A DNA stretch of 64,000 nucleotides, from the NCBI GenBank assembly GCA_035499075.1, contig DATJZN010000024.1:19549-83548 (forward strand). The letters run 5' to 3'. The translations under genes and the position numbers were made by a program. A model generated the notes under the pieces. The model had not been told where the DNA came from. It did no database searches and saw nothing but the letters and a program-made list of their open reading frames with translations. The first letter of the stretch is position 1. Every line of letters starts with the position of its first letter. Below are positions 47,862 through 57,141 of this stretch, piece by piece. Source of the stretch: Myxococcota bacterium (GTDB lineage Bacteria > Myxococcota_A > UBA9160 > SZUA-336).

Positions 47862-49199
47862 ATGGCCACGAAGGCGTGGGGAGCGCATCCGGTCGCGTGG
47901 CTCGAGGGCATGTTCCTGCGCCCGCAGCACCTGCAGCAGCGCGACCTCTTCGACGACGCACGGCTGGCGGCGGCGGTGCGCTCGCTCGACCCGTTCCACT
48001 GGGGCGTGCGCGCGCTCGAGGTGAACGAGGCCGCGCTCTCCGACCACCGCTTCGAGGTGCTGCGCCTCGACGCCGTGCTGCCCGGCGGGCTCGCGCTGCG
48101 CTACCCGGGCAACTGCACGCTCGAGACGCGCGAGTTCGATCCCGCGGCCGCGTCGACCGACGTGTTTCTCGCGGTGCGCCGGCTCGCGACCGGCGAAGCG
48201 CAAAGCGCGTCCGCCGACGCCGGCGCGCGCGACGTGCGCTACCGGGTGCGCGCCGAAGAGGTGCCCGACCTGTCGCGCGGCGCGAACGAGGCCGAGGTCG
48301 ACTTCCTGGTGCCGAACGCGCGGCTCTTCCTCGGCGGCGAGAAGCTCGAGATCGAGCAGCACGACGCGTTCCGGCTGGCGCGCATCGCGGCGACCGGCGA
48401 GCTGAAACGGCCGTTCGCGCTCGCGAAGGACTTCGCGCCACCGCTCCTCGCGGTGCAGGCGTCGCCGCTCCTCGACGACGAGCTCGCCCGGCTGCTCGGC
48501 CAGCTCGCTGCGCGCATGCGCGTGGTCGCGGGCCGCACCGCGACGATCGCGATCGCCGACCTGCCGCGCATGTGGATGCGCTACACGCTCGCGCGCATGA
48601 CGCCGCTCCTGCGGCACCTGTTGTCGACGGGCGCGACGCGGCCGTTCGAGCTGTACTCCGCGCTCGTCGAGACGGCAGGCGCACTCGCCGCGTTCTCGCT
48701 GCAGGAGCCGGTGGAGCTGCCGCGCTACGACCACGACGACCTGTACCGCTGCTTCCACGAGGTGATCGCCTTCATCGAGCGCGAGCTCGAGAAGGCGCTG
48801 CCCGACCGCTTCACCGAGCTCGAGATGCGCCACGACCGCACGGCGTACACCACGAAGGAGCTCACGCGCGAGCTCGTCGAGGCGCGCAACCACTTCTTCA
48901 TCGCGATCAAGGCGGCGGTCGACGCGCAGGAGCTCGTGGCGCTCGTGCGCGAATTCGGCAAGTGCGCGGCGCGCGACGAGCTGCCGTCGATCGAGATGCT
49001 GAAGCTCGCGGGGCTGCGCCTCGAGCCGCTGCCCGCCGCACCGACGGAGATCGCCGCGCGCGTCGGCTTCTCGTACTGGAAGCTCGAGCCGCACGGCAAG
49101 CTCTGGAACCGCGTGCGCGACGACTGCACCCTGGCGCTGTCGCTCGGCAAGCTCGAGGGCGCGGACGTCCGACTCTACGTGGTGTCGGCGGAGGCCTAG
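47862..49199 (+). CDS. tssK: T6SS baseplate protein TssK
   Basis: Starts MATKAWGAHPVAWLEGMFLRPQHLQQ, the canonical TssK N-terminus. 445 aa. The ORF in the track (47352..49199) is over-extended. Confidence 0.85.
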   Translation: MATKAWGAHPVAWLEGMFLRPQHLQQRDLFDDARLAAAVRSLDPFHWGVRALEVNEAALSDHRFEVLRLDAVLPGGLALRYPGNCTLETREFDPAAASTDVFLAVRRLATGEAQSASADAGARDVRYRVRAEEVPDLSRGANEAEVDFLVPNARLFLGGEKLEIEQHDAFRLARIAATGELKRPFALAKDFAPPLLAVQASPLLDDELARLLGQLAARMRVVAGRTATIAIADLPRMWMRYTLARMTPLLRHLLSTGATRPFELYSALVETAGALAAFSLQEPVELPRYDHDDLYRCFHEVIAFIERELEKALPDRFTELEMRHDRTAYTTKELTRELVEARNHFFIAIKAAVDAQELVALVREFGKCAARDELPSIEMLKLAGLRLEPLPAAPTEIAARVGFSYWKLEPHGKLWNRVRDDCTLALSLGKLEGADVRLYVVSAEA

Positions 49200-49202
49200 C
49201 CC

Positions 49203-49868
49203 GTGGGGCAGGGCAGACTGACTCGCCTGGCCGGCGCCTACGTGGCGCACGTGCAGTCGCTGCGCGCGGGCGACGGGCGCGCGTTCCCCGACGCGCCGGC
49301 GCTGCGCGCGCAATTGCTCGCGCTGCTCGCGCCGTTCCACGCCGCCGCGACCGCACAGGGCATCCCCGGAGAAGAAGTCGAAGAGGCGCGCTTCGCGCTC
49401 GTCGCGTGGACCGACGAAGTGCTCTCGAAGGCGAGCTGGGCGGGCCGCGACGAATGGCTGCGCGAGCCGCTGCAGACGCAGCTCTACCGCACCAACCGCG
49501 CGGGCAACGAGTTCTACGCGCACCTCGCGAAGCTGCGGCCCGATCAGGCCGCGGCGCGCGAGGTGTACTTCCTGGCGCTCGCGCTCGGCTTCGAGGGCCA
49601 GTACCAGGGCCAGGAGGCCGAGCGGCGCGCGCTGATCGCCCGCGAGTACGAGGCGCTGCGCGCGGCGGGCCGGCTCGCCGAGACGTCGCGCGAGTCGCAG
49701 CTCTCGCCCGGTGCGTACGCGCTCGACATCGAGCTGCCGCGCCGCGCGTCGAGCGGGCTGCTGCTCGGGCTGGGCGCGCTCGCGCTCGGCATGGCGGCGG
49801 TGTACGGGCTGCTCTGGGTCGTGCTGCACGCGACCAGCGGCAACGTGCCCGTGCCGAGGCTCGGCTAG
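49203..49868 (+). CDS. tssL: T6SS membrane-complex protein TssL (DotU)
   Basis: DotU-like sequence ...EARFALVAWTDEVLSK...EFYAHL..., with a single C-terminal transmembrane segment LLLGLGALALGMAAVYGLLWVVL. Confidence 0.8.
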   Translation: MGQGRLTRLAGAYVAHVQSLRAGDGRAFPDAPALRAQLLALLAPFHAAATAQGIPGEEVEEARFALVAWTDEVLSKASWAGRDEWLREPLQTQLYRTNRAGNEFYAHLAKLRPDQAAAREVYFLALALGFEGQYQGQEAERRALIAREYEALRAAGRLAETSRESQLSPGAYALDIELPRRASSGLLLGLGALALGMAAVYGLLWVVLHATSGNVPVPRLG

Positions 49869-49870
49869 CC

Positions 49871-52800
49871 GTGCGCGAGTGGCTCGCGGACGCGCGCGTC
49901 CGGATGGCAGCGCTGGCCGCGGGCGGCGTCGCGCTCGTGTCGCTGTTGCTCGGCGCGCTCACGCGCAACTGGCTCGTCGCGCTGCTCATCGCGCTGACGG
50001 CCCTGCTCGCGGTGCTCGTGGGTCTGCTGGTGCGCGTGTTGATCCAGCGCGAGCGCGAGGACCAGCTGCACCTCGGCGTCGGCGACGCGCGCGGCCGCGG
50101 CGGGCGTGCGCTCGGCGGCGCCGCGCCGGCCGGCGGCGCCGTGCTGTCGCCCGAAGAGCGCTTCGCGGGCGAGCTCGGCGAGGCGCGGGCGCAGCTCGCG
50201 CGGCGCGGCGGCATGTACGAGGTGCCGTGGCTGCTCCTGTTGGGCGAGAGCGGCGGCGGGAAGAGCGCGGTCGTCGCCAGCTCGGGGCTCGACCTGGTCG
50301 CGCAGTCGGCGCGGCGCGGCTTCGAGCCGACGCGCTTCGCGGAGCTGGTGCTCGCGAACGACGCGATCGCGCTCGACACTGCGGGCCGCTTCTTCCGCGG
50401 CGCCGAGCGCGACCACGAGGACTGGCTGCGCTTCCTCGGCCACGTGCGCAGCGCGCGGCCCGACTGTCCGGTCGACGCGGTCGTCGCCGTCGTGCCGGCC
50501 GCGTCGCTCTTGCGGCCGAAGAGCGGCGACCTGGACGACGACGCGCGCGAGCTGCGCCGGCGCCTGAACGAGATCCGCGTGAATCTCGCCGTCGATCCGC
50601 CCGTGTACCTGGTCGTGGCGAAGGCGGACCAGCTCGAGGGCTTCGCCGAGACGCTGCGCGCGCTGCCCGCGAGCTGGCGCGAGCAGGCGTTCGGCTGGAC
50701 GAACGACCAGCGCCGGCTCGCCGATCCCGAGGCGCGCGTGGTCGAAGCGCTCGGCGCGCTGTCGGCGCGGCTCGACGCGTTCCTGCCCGAGCTGCTGCTG
50801 CGGGAGCCCGACCCGGCGCGCCAGCGACGCATCTTCGTGTTTCCCGACCAGCTCACAGCGCTCGCGCGCACGGCGGCGCGCTTCGCCGGCGTGGCCTTCA
50901 AGCGCGATGCCTACAGCGAGGCGGCGCCGTTCCTGCGCGGCGTGTACCTGGCGAGCGCCCGCGCGCAGGAGGCCGGCGGCGAGAGCGCGTTCCTCCGCGA
51001 GCTGTTCGTCGACGTGATCCGCGGCGACGACGGGCTCGCGCTCCCCGAGAGCCGCATCGGCCCGCTCGGGCGCCGCGCCATCTTCGGCGCCGGGCTCATC
51101 GCGTCGGCGTGGCTGCTCGCCGTGTGGGGCGGCTCGTTCGCGCGGAACTACGAAGGCACGCACGAGCTCGCGAAGCGCGCCGAAGTCGCGCTGTCCGCGG
51201 ACCCGTCGCTGCGCGACCTGGGCGACCTGTGGACCGCGCTCGCCGACAGCGCCCAGGAGGCGCGCAGCGCCATCCACTGGATCGGCTTCGACGAGCTGTC
51301 GCGCGCGGTCGAGCGCGGCAAGGCGACGTACACGTTTGCGTTCGAGCGCAGCTTCGACCGCCTCACCAAACGCAACCTCGAGAGCGCGCTCGCGGGGCAG
51401 GACGAGCGCGGCGTGCGCGCGGCGATCTCGCTCGCGACCGACCTGGATTGGCTCGTCTCGGGCGCGGCCGACCTCGACCAGGTGCCGGAGCTCGCGGACT
51501 ACGTGCCGCAGACCGCCGCGCACGACGTCGCCTCGTACTCGGCCGCGTACGCGGCGTACGTGCGCTGGCTGCCCGAGCGCGAGCGCGACGACGCGCTGAA
51601 GCGCGAGCAGACCATGCTCGCGGGCGCGGCCGGCCGGCTGCTGCGCCTGCCGGTGCTCGAGGACATCACGAGCCAGCCGACCGGCGCGTTCCCGGCGGTG
51701 CGCTACGAGGACTTCGGCCTGCGCTCGCCCGGCGATCCGGCGGCGAGCGCGGTGCCCGGGATCTACACAAAAAAAGGTAACGACAAGCTCGTGGGCCGCT
51801 TGCTCGGCGCGATCGAGCGCACGGATTCGGTGCCGCCGGCGCAGGTCGCGGCGTTCAAGTCGCAGTACACCGACCGCTATCTCGCGAGCTGGCACCGTTT
51901 CTTCACCGGGGCGCCGATCACGCCGCGCGCCGCCGCGGACGCGAAGGGCTCGCCGTACCTGAAGCTCCTGCCGGAGATCGACAAGAACGCGGCCGTCGAG
52001 CTGCCCGGCAAGACGGACGCGCCGGCATGGCTCAGCGGCCTGCACGACGTGCTGGCGACGAGCGCCGGCGTGGGCGCGTTCCTGCCCGGCGGCGACCCGA
52101 CGCTGAAGGAGCTCGGCCCGCCGTGGACGGCCTACCAGAAGGCGCTCGACGCCGTGGCGCTCGACGTCGAGAGCGCGAGCGCGAAGGGCGAGCGCGCGCT
52201 CGGGCTCGCGCGCGACGTGGGCGAGGCCAAGCCGACCTCGTTCTCGGCGGCGCTCGACCTGGTCGGCAAGATCACGCGCTCGAGCGGCGACCCCGCCGGC
52301 AGCGAGAAGCTGCGCGACCTGCTCGACGCGCCCGTGCTCGACGCGTTCTCGGCGCTGCTGCTGTCCGCCCGCGACGAGCTCGACCGGCGCTGGACGGAGC
52401 GCATCGCGAGCAAGTTCGCGGGCGAGCTCACGCCGCAGGCGCTCGGCGAGCTCTATGCCACCGACGGCGCGCTGCCGAAGTTCCTCGCCGAAGAGCTCGC
52501 GCCGTTCTACAAGGACGGCGCGCCGCGGCAGATCCTGGGCGACCGCGCGCTGCCGTTCGGCAGGGGCGCGCTCGACTGGCTCGCGCACGCGCACGACATG
52601 AGCGCGCATCTCGGCGGCGCGGGCGGCGCGTCGGGCGTGCAGGTCGTGCGCCTGCGTGGCGTGCCGTCGACCATCGAGGGTGGCGACGGCCAGCGCGTGC
52701 TCCGCCGCGACTTGAAGCTCGCGTGCCCCGACGGCGAGCAGACGTTCCTGTACCGCGAGGGCAGCGGAGAGCAGGCGTTCAACTGGCGCGCGAGCTGCGA

Positions 52801-53050
52801 CGAGGTCGATCTGCGCGTGGTGCTGGCGTCCGCCGCGAACCCGAGCGGCGTGGAGGTGGCGCGCACGTGGCGCGGACCGCTCGCGCTGCCGCGTTTCCTG
52901 CAGGACGGCCACCGCGGCTCGGACGAGGTCTACGACTGGACGCTCGAGTCGCCCGACGGCGTGCGCGTGCGAGTCCGCTACCAGCTCGAAGCGGGCAGCG
53001 ACGTGCTCCGCCTCGCGCACGACGCGCCGCCCGCGTCGCTCGGGAGCTGA
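49871..53050 (+). CDS. tssM: T6SS membrane-complex protein TssM (IcmF)
   Basis: GTG start, with an alternative ATG at 49904. N-terminal transmembrane helices. Walker A LLLGESGGGKSAVV. About 1060 aa with an IcmF-related C-terminus. The ORF in the track (47876..53050) is an over-extension. Confidence 0.9.
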   Translation: MREWLADARVRMAALAAGGVALVSLLLGALTRNWLVALLIALTALLAVLVGLLVRVLIQREREDQLHLGVGDARGRGGRALGGAAPAGGAVLSPEERFAGELGEARAQLARRGGMYEVPWLLLLGESGGGKSAVVASSGLDLVAQSARRGFEPTRFAELVLANDAIALDTAGRFFRGAERDHEDWLRFLGHVRSARPDCPVDAVVAVVPAASLLRPKSGDLDDDARELRRRLNEIRVNLAVDPPVYLVVAKADQLEGFAETLRALPASWREQAFGWTNDQRRLADPEARVVEALGALSARLDAFLPELLLREPDPARQRRIFVFPDQLTALARTAARFAGVAFKRDAYSEAAPFLRGVYLASARAQEAGGESAFLRELFVDVIRGDDGLALPESRIGPLGRRAIFGAGLIASAWLLAVWGGSFARNYEGTHELAKRAEVALSADPSLRDLGDLWTALADSAQEARSAIHWIGFDELSRAVERGKATYTFAFERSFDRLTKRNLESALAGQDERGVRAAISLATDLDWLVSGAADLDQVPELADYVPQTAAHDVASYSAAYAAYVRWLPERERDDALKREQTMLAGAAGRLLRLPVLEDITSQPTGAFPAVRYEDFGLRSPGDPAASAVPGIYTKKGNDKLVGRLLGAIERTDSVPPAQVAAFKSQYTDRYLASWHRFFTGAPITPRAAADAKGSPYLKLLPEIDKNAAVELPGKTDAPAWLSGLHDVLATSAGVGAFLPGGDPTLKELGPPWTAYQKALDAVALDVESASAKGERALGLARDVGEAKPTSFSAALDLVGKITRSSGDPAGSEKLRDLLDAPVLDAFSALLLSARDELDRRWTERIASKFAGELTPQALGELYATDGALPKFLAEELAPFYKDGAPRQILGDRALPFGRGALDWLAHAHDMSAHLGGAGGASGVQVVRLRGVPSTIEGGDGQRVLRRDLKLACPDGEQTFLYREGSGEQAFNWRASCDEVDLRVVLASAANPSGVEVARTWRGPLALPRFLQDGHRGSDEVYDWTLESPDGVRVRVRYQLEAGSDVLRLAHDAPPASLGS

Positions 53051-53051
53051 G

Positions 53052-53792
53052 GTGAGGCCGCTGCGCGCGCTCGGCTGCCTGCTCGCCGCGGCTCTGGCGG
53101 GCGCGTGCGCGAAGCCGCCGCCCGACCTCGACGCCGAGCCCGCCGGCGCGATCGCGCTCCCGCTCGGCCAGGTGCACGCCGACACCCTCGACTGCGACAA
53201 GGGCGACTGCGCCGACTGGTACAAGATCGCCGTGCCGGGCGAGGGCAAGCTGTTCGTCGACGCCGACCCCGCGGTCGCCAACGCGGGTTTCGCGGTGCAG
53301 CTCGTCGACGCGGGCGGAGCGCCGCTCGCAGCGGGCGACAGCGCGGGCGGGAAGGCGGCCGTGCGCCTGCACACTCCGGTGTCGGAAGGAGCGGTGCTCG
53401 TGAAGGTCGTGCCCACGGATGCGAAGGCGAACGTCGCGTACGCCGTCACGGCGCGCTTCAAGCCTGCACCGCCGCCTCCGGTCGTGAAGGCGCCCGAGCC
53501 GCGCTTCGAGACGAAGAGCGCCGCGGTGCTCGAGGTCGAAGGCGACCGCACGGCGCATCCGGCGGTGCTGATCGACGCGGGCCAGGCGGCGAAGCTCGCT
53601 CCCGGCATGCGCGGCCGCCTGGTCGACAAGGGCCATACGATCGGCCAGATCGTGGTGCAGGACGTCTATCCCGACGGGAGCCGCGCGCGCGTCGACGGCC
53701 CGCTGTCGGGGCAGATCGGCCCGCACACGACCGCAGAGATCGACGTGCCGATCGCCGCTCCGGCGGGCCCGGAGAGCCCGCCCGAGAAGTAG
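53052..53792 (+). CDS. Lipoprotein of unknown function (T6SS-adjacent)
   Basis: Signal peptide with lipobox LAGAC. Cys-containing motif DCDKGDCADWYKIAV. 246 aa. Confidence 0.5.
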   Translation: MRPLRALGCLLAAALAGACAKPPPDLDAEPAGAIALPLGQVHADTLDCDKGDCADWYKIAVPGEGKLFVDADPAVANAGFAVQLVDAGGAPLAAGDSAGGKAAVRLHTPVSEGAVLVKVVPTDAKANVAYAVTARFKPAPPPPVVKAPEPRFETKSAAVLEVEGDRTAHPAVLIDAGQAAKLAPGMRGRLVDKGHTIGQIVVQDVYPDGSRARVDGPLSGQIGPHTTAEIDVPIAAPAGPESPPEK

Positions 53793-53796
53793 CGGC

Positions 53797-55161
53797 GTGG
53801 CCGCGCGCCTGGTCGAGCTCCGCGGCGGCCGCATCGCGTCGGAGCGCCGGCTCGGCCGCCGCGAGGTCGTGCTCGGCCGCGCTCCGTCGTGCGACGTCGT
53901 GCTCGACGACCCGCGCGTGTCGCGCGAGCACGCGCGCATCGACGCGAGCGAGGGCGAACACCTGCTCGTGGACCTGGGCAGCCGCAACGGCACGCGCGTG
54001 AACGGCCAGCCGGTCACGCGCGCGGTCGCGCTGCGCGACGGCGACCTCGTGCAACTCGGCGACGCGGTGTTCCGCTACGAGCTCGAAGCGGGGGCGCGGC
54101 CGCGCACCGCGCTGTGGCTCGGCGTAGCGGCGGCCGGAGTGATCGCGCTGGCGGCAGGCTTGTTCTTCGCGCTGCGCAGCGACCCGGTGCTGCGTCAGGC
54201 CGCGGAGACGGCGCGCGCCGCCGTCGAGGCCTCGCAGAAGGGCGACGCCGCGCGCGGGCGCGACTTGCTGCAGGACGCGGTCGCGCAGCTCTACCGCGCG
54301 GGGCGGCTCGACGACGTGCCGCGCCTGCACGCGCGCGAAGAGGGCCTGCAGCGGCTCGGCCAGGCGCTGGGCGGCGGCGTCGACCTCGTCGCCCTCTACC
54401 GCGCGGACGTCGAGCGCGGGCGCGCGCGCCAGGTGTCGGCTGCGCCGCCGCCGGGCCGCGGTCCGTGCCGGCTCGACGAGATCGCCGCCGCCGACCTCGA
54501 CGTGTGCGTGCGCGAGCGCGCCGAGGCGATCCTCGTGGGGCTGTGGCAGGACCCCGCGAAGGTGCCCGACTCGTTCTACCGGCAGGTCGAGGACCAGCTC
54601 TTGTTCCTGCTGCGGACGAATCGGCCGTGGGTCGCGTCGTCGCTCGCGCGCGGCGAGAAGCTCGAGCCCCTGCTCGTGCGCGAGCTCACCGCCGCGAAGG
54701 TACCGCCGCAGCTCCGCTACCTGGCCATGATCGAGAGCGGCTACAACCCGAACGCCGCCAGCGGGGCCGGCGCGCGCGGTCTGTGGCAGTTCATCCCGTC
54801 GACGGCGCAGCGCTACGGGCTCGTGGTGTCGGGCTCGGTCGACGAGCGCCTCGACCCCGCGAAGTCTACGCGCGCGGCGGCGCGCTACCTGTGCGACCTG
54901 GCGTTCGAGTTCGGCGACGAGGCGCTGCTGCTCGCCGTCGCGTCGTACAACAAGGGCGAGGGCGGCATCCGCTCCGCGCTCCACAAGCTCGACGACCCGC
55001 GCACGGAGCGCTCGTACTGGGTGCTCGCGCAGCGCGGGCTCCTGCCGGCCGAGACGCGCGACTACGTGCCGCGGCTCATCGCTGCCGCGGTGCTGGGCGA
55101 GGCGGGCGTGCCTTCGGAGGCCGCGCTCGCGGAGCGGCAGACCGCCTCGGCGCATGAGTGA
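53797..55161 (+). CDS. FHA domain, TM, lytic transglycosylase (SLT domain) fusion protein
   Basis: N-terminal FHA: VVLGRAPSCDVVLDDPRVSREHARI...NGTRVNGQPV. Transmembrane segment LWLGVAAAGVIALAAGLFFAL. C-terminal SLT motifs LAMIESGYNPNAASGAGARGLWQFIPSTA and ...SYNKGEG. Confidence 0.7.
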   Translation: MAARLVELRGGRIASERRLGRREVVLGRAPSCDVVLDDPRVSREHARIDASEGEHLLVDLGSRNGTRVNGQPVTRAVALRDGDLVQLGDAVFRYELEAGARPRTALWLGVAAAGVIALAAGLFFALRSDPVLRQAAETARAAVEASQKGDAARGRDLLQDAVAQLYRAGRLDDVPRLHAREEGLQRLGQALGGGVDLVALYRADVERGRARQVSAAPPPGRGPCRLDEIAAADLDVCVRERAEAILVGLWQDPAKVPDSFYRQVEDQLLFLLRTNRPWVASSLARGEKLEPLLVRELTAAKVPPQLRYLAMIESGYNPNAASGAGARGLWQFIPSTAQRYGLVVSGSVDERLDPAKSTRAAARYLCDLAFEFGDEALLLAVASYNKGEGGIRSALHKLDDPRTERSYWVLAQRGLLPAETRDYVPRLIAAAVLGEAGVPSEAALAERQTASAHE

Positions 55162-57022
55162 GCCGGGGCGCCGGCTCGCGCGGCTCGCCTGCGCGCTCGC
55201 GCTCCTCGCCGCGGCCCCCTCGCGCGCGGGCGACGCGTCGTGGCGCGGGCTGGACGAACGGTCCGACCAACACAATTCGGTGTACACTCGGAAGTCGTTC
55301 TACGTGGAGATGCGCGACGGCACGCCGATCGCCGTGGACCTGTGGCTGCCCGAGGGCGCCGGCGAGTCCGCGAAGCTGCCGGCCATCCTGCGCCAGACGC
55401 GGTACTGGCGCTCGGCGCAGCTCCGGCTGTTCGTGCGCCCGTTCCGCGGCGGACCGGAAGAGCTCGCGAAGCGCTTCCTGGCGCGCGGCTACGCGTGGCT
55501 CGACGTCGACGTGCGCGGCTCCGGCGCTTCGGGCGGCGTGCAGCGCTCGCTGTGGGCCGACGACGAGGTCGAGGACGGCGGCCAGCTCGTCGACTGGATC
55601 GTGCGCCAGCCGTGGTCGAACGGGCGCGTGGGCGCGCTGGGCGATTCGTACGACGGCACGGCGGCGGAGCTGTTGCTCGCTGCGGGTCGGCCGGCGGTGC
55701 GCGCCGTGGCGCCGCGCTTCTCGCTCTTCGACGCGTACACCGACATCGCATTCCCCGGCGGCGTGCGGCTGGTCTGGTTCACCGACACCTGGGGCCGCCT
55801 CGATGCCGCGCTCGACCGCGGCGAGCTGCGCCGCGCGTTCCCATGGTGGGTGCCGCTCTTCGTCATCGGCCCGCGCCCGGTCGACGGCCCCGGCGCGGCC
55901 GACGCGCTCGCCGCCGCGCAGCGCGCGCACGCCGACAACTTCGACGTGGCGCACGCCGCGCGCGAGGTCGAGTACCGCGACGACGTCGCGCCCGAGCTCG
56001 GCGGCTCGACGAAGGACTTCAGCCCGTGCTGCGGCCGTCGTGCGCGCATCGAGGCCTCGGGCGCGGCCGTGTTCGGCACGAGCGGCTGGTGGGACGGTGC
56101 GTATCCGCGCGCGGCGGCGCGGCGCTTCCGCAGCCTGGCGAACCCCGGCGGCCGGCTATTGCTCGGCCCGTGGAACCACGGCGGCGACCAGGCGCTCGAT
56201 CCGCTCCAAGCGACTCGCGCGAGCGAGTTCGACCACGCCGCCGAGCTGTTGCGCTTCTTCGACTTCCACCTGAAAGGCGTCGCCAACGGCTGGGAGCGCG
56301 AGCCACCCGTGCACTACTTCACCACGGGCGAATCGCGCTGGAAGAGCGCCGCGAGCTGGCCGCCGCCCGCGCACGTGCAGCCGCTCTGGCTCGCCGAAGG
56401 GCACGCGCTCGCGAGCCGGGCGCCGGCCGAGGCCGCCGCCGCGGACGAATGGCGCGCCGATCCCGAGAGCCGGACCGGCACGTCGAGCCGCTGGCGCGGC
56501 CTGACCGTGCCGACGTGGACCGAGTACGGCGACCGCGCGGACGCGGACCAACACAATCTAGTGTACGACTCGGCGGCGCTCGAGGCCGACCTGGAAGTGA
56601 CGGGCCATCCCGTCCTGCACCTGTGGCTGCGCGCCGACGGCCCGGACGCCGCGGTGTTCGCCTACCTGGAGGACGTCGACCCGAAGGGCCGGGTCGGCTA
56701 CGCGACCGAGGGCTGGCTGCGCGCGCGCGACCGCAAGCTGGGCCCCGACGCCGAAGCTCCGTACGCCCTGCTCGCTCCCTATCATTCTTTCGCGCGCGCC
56801 GACGCCGCGCCCCTCGCCGCGGGCGAGCGCACCGAGCTCGTCTTCGACCTGCTGCCCCTCTCGCACCTGTTCCGGCGCGGCCACCGGATCCGCCTGTCGC
56901 TGGCCACCTCCGACCGCGACCAGTTCGACGCCGTGGCCGGCGCCGCCTCGACCCTGTGGCTGGAACGCAGCGCGGGCGCGGCGTCGCGGCTCGAGCTGCC
57001 GGTGGCCGACCGCAGCCCGTAG
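55154..57022 (+). CDS. CocE/NonD-family (S15 X-Pro dipeptidyl-peptidase-like) alpha/beta hydrolase, secreted
   Basis: Signal peptide LARLACALALLAAAPSRAG. Nucleophile-elbow-like GDSYDG. About 620 aa, with the beta-sandwich C-terminus typical of this family. Confidence 0.7.
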   Translation: MSEPGRRLARLACALALLAAAPSRAGDASWRGLDERSDQHNSVYTRKSFYVEMRDGTPIAVDLWLPEGAGESAKLPAILRQTRYWRSAQLRLFVRPFRGGPEELAKRFLARGYAWLDVDVRGSGASGGVQRSLWADDEVEDGGQLVDWIVRQPWSNGRVGALGDSYDGTAAELLLAAGRPAVRAVAPRFSLFDAYTDIAFPGGVRLVWFTDTWGRLDAALDRGELRRAFPWWVPLFVIGPRPVDGPGAADALAAAQRAHADNFDVAHAAREVEYRDDVAPELGGSTKDFSPCCGRRARIEASGAAVFGTSGWWDGAYPRAAARRFRSLANPGGRLLLGPWNHGGDQALDPLQATRASEFDHAAELLRFFDFHLKGVANGWEREPPVHYFTTGESRWKSAASWPPPAHVQPLWLAEGHALASRAPAEAAAADEWRADPESRTGTSSRWRGLTVPTWTEYGDRADADQHNLVYDSAALEADLEVTGHPVLHLWLRADGPDAAVFAYLEDVDPKGRVGYATEGWLRARDRKLGPDAEAPYALLAPYHSFARADAAPLAAGERTELVFDLLPLSHLFRRGHRIRLSLATSDRDQFDAVAGAASTLWLERSAGAASRLELPVADRSP

Positions 57023-57141
57023 CCTGCAGGTGAGGCCCTGCAGTGCCGGCCGGGCTCTGCACTCCAGCCCGCGCGGAGCCCGCCAAGCCCGCCCCGCTGC
57101 ACGAGAATTGCGGCATGCCGCTTGCTCGAGGGGGGAGCCGG

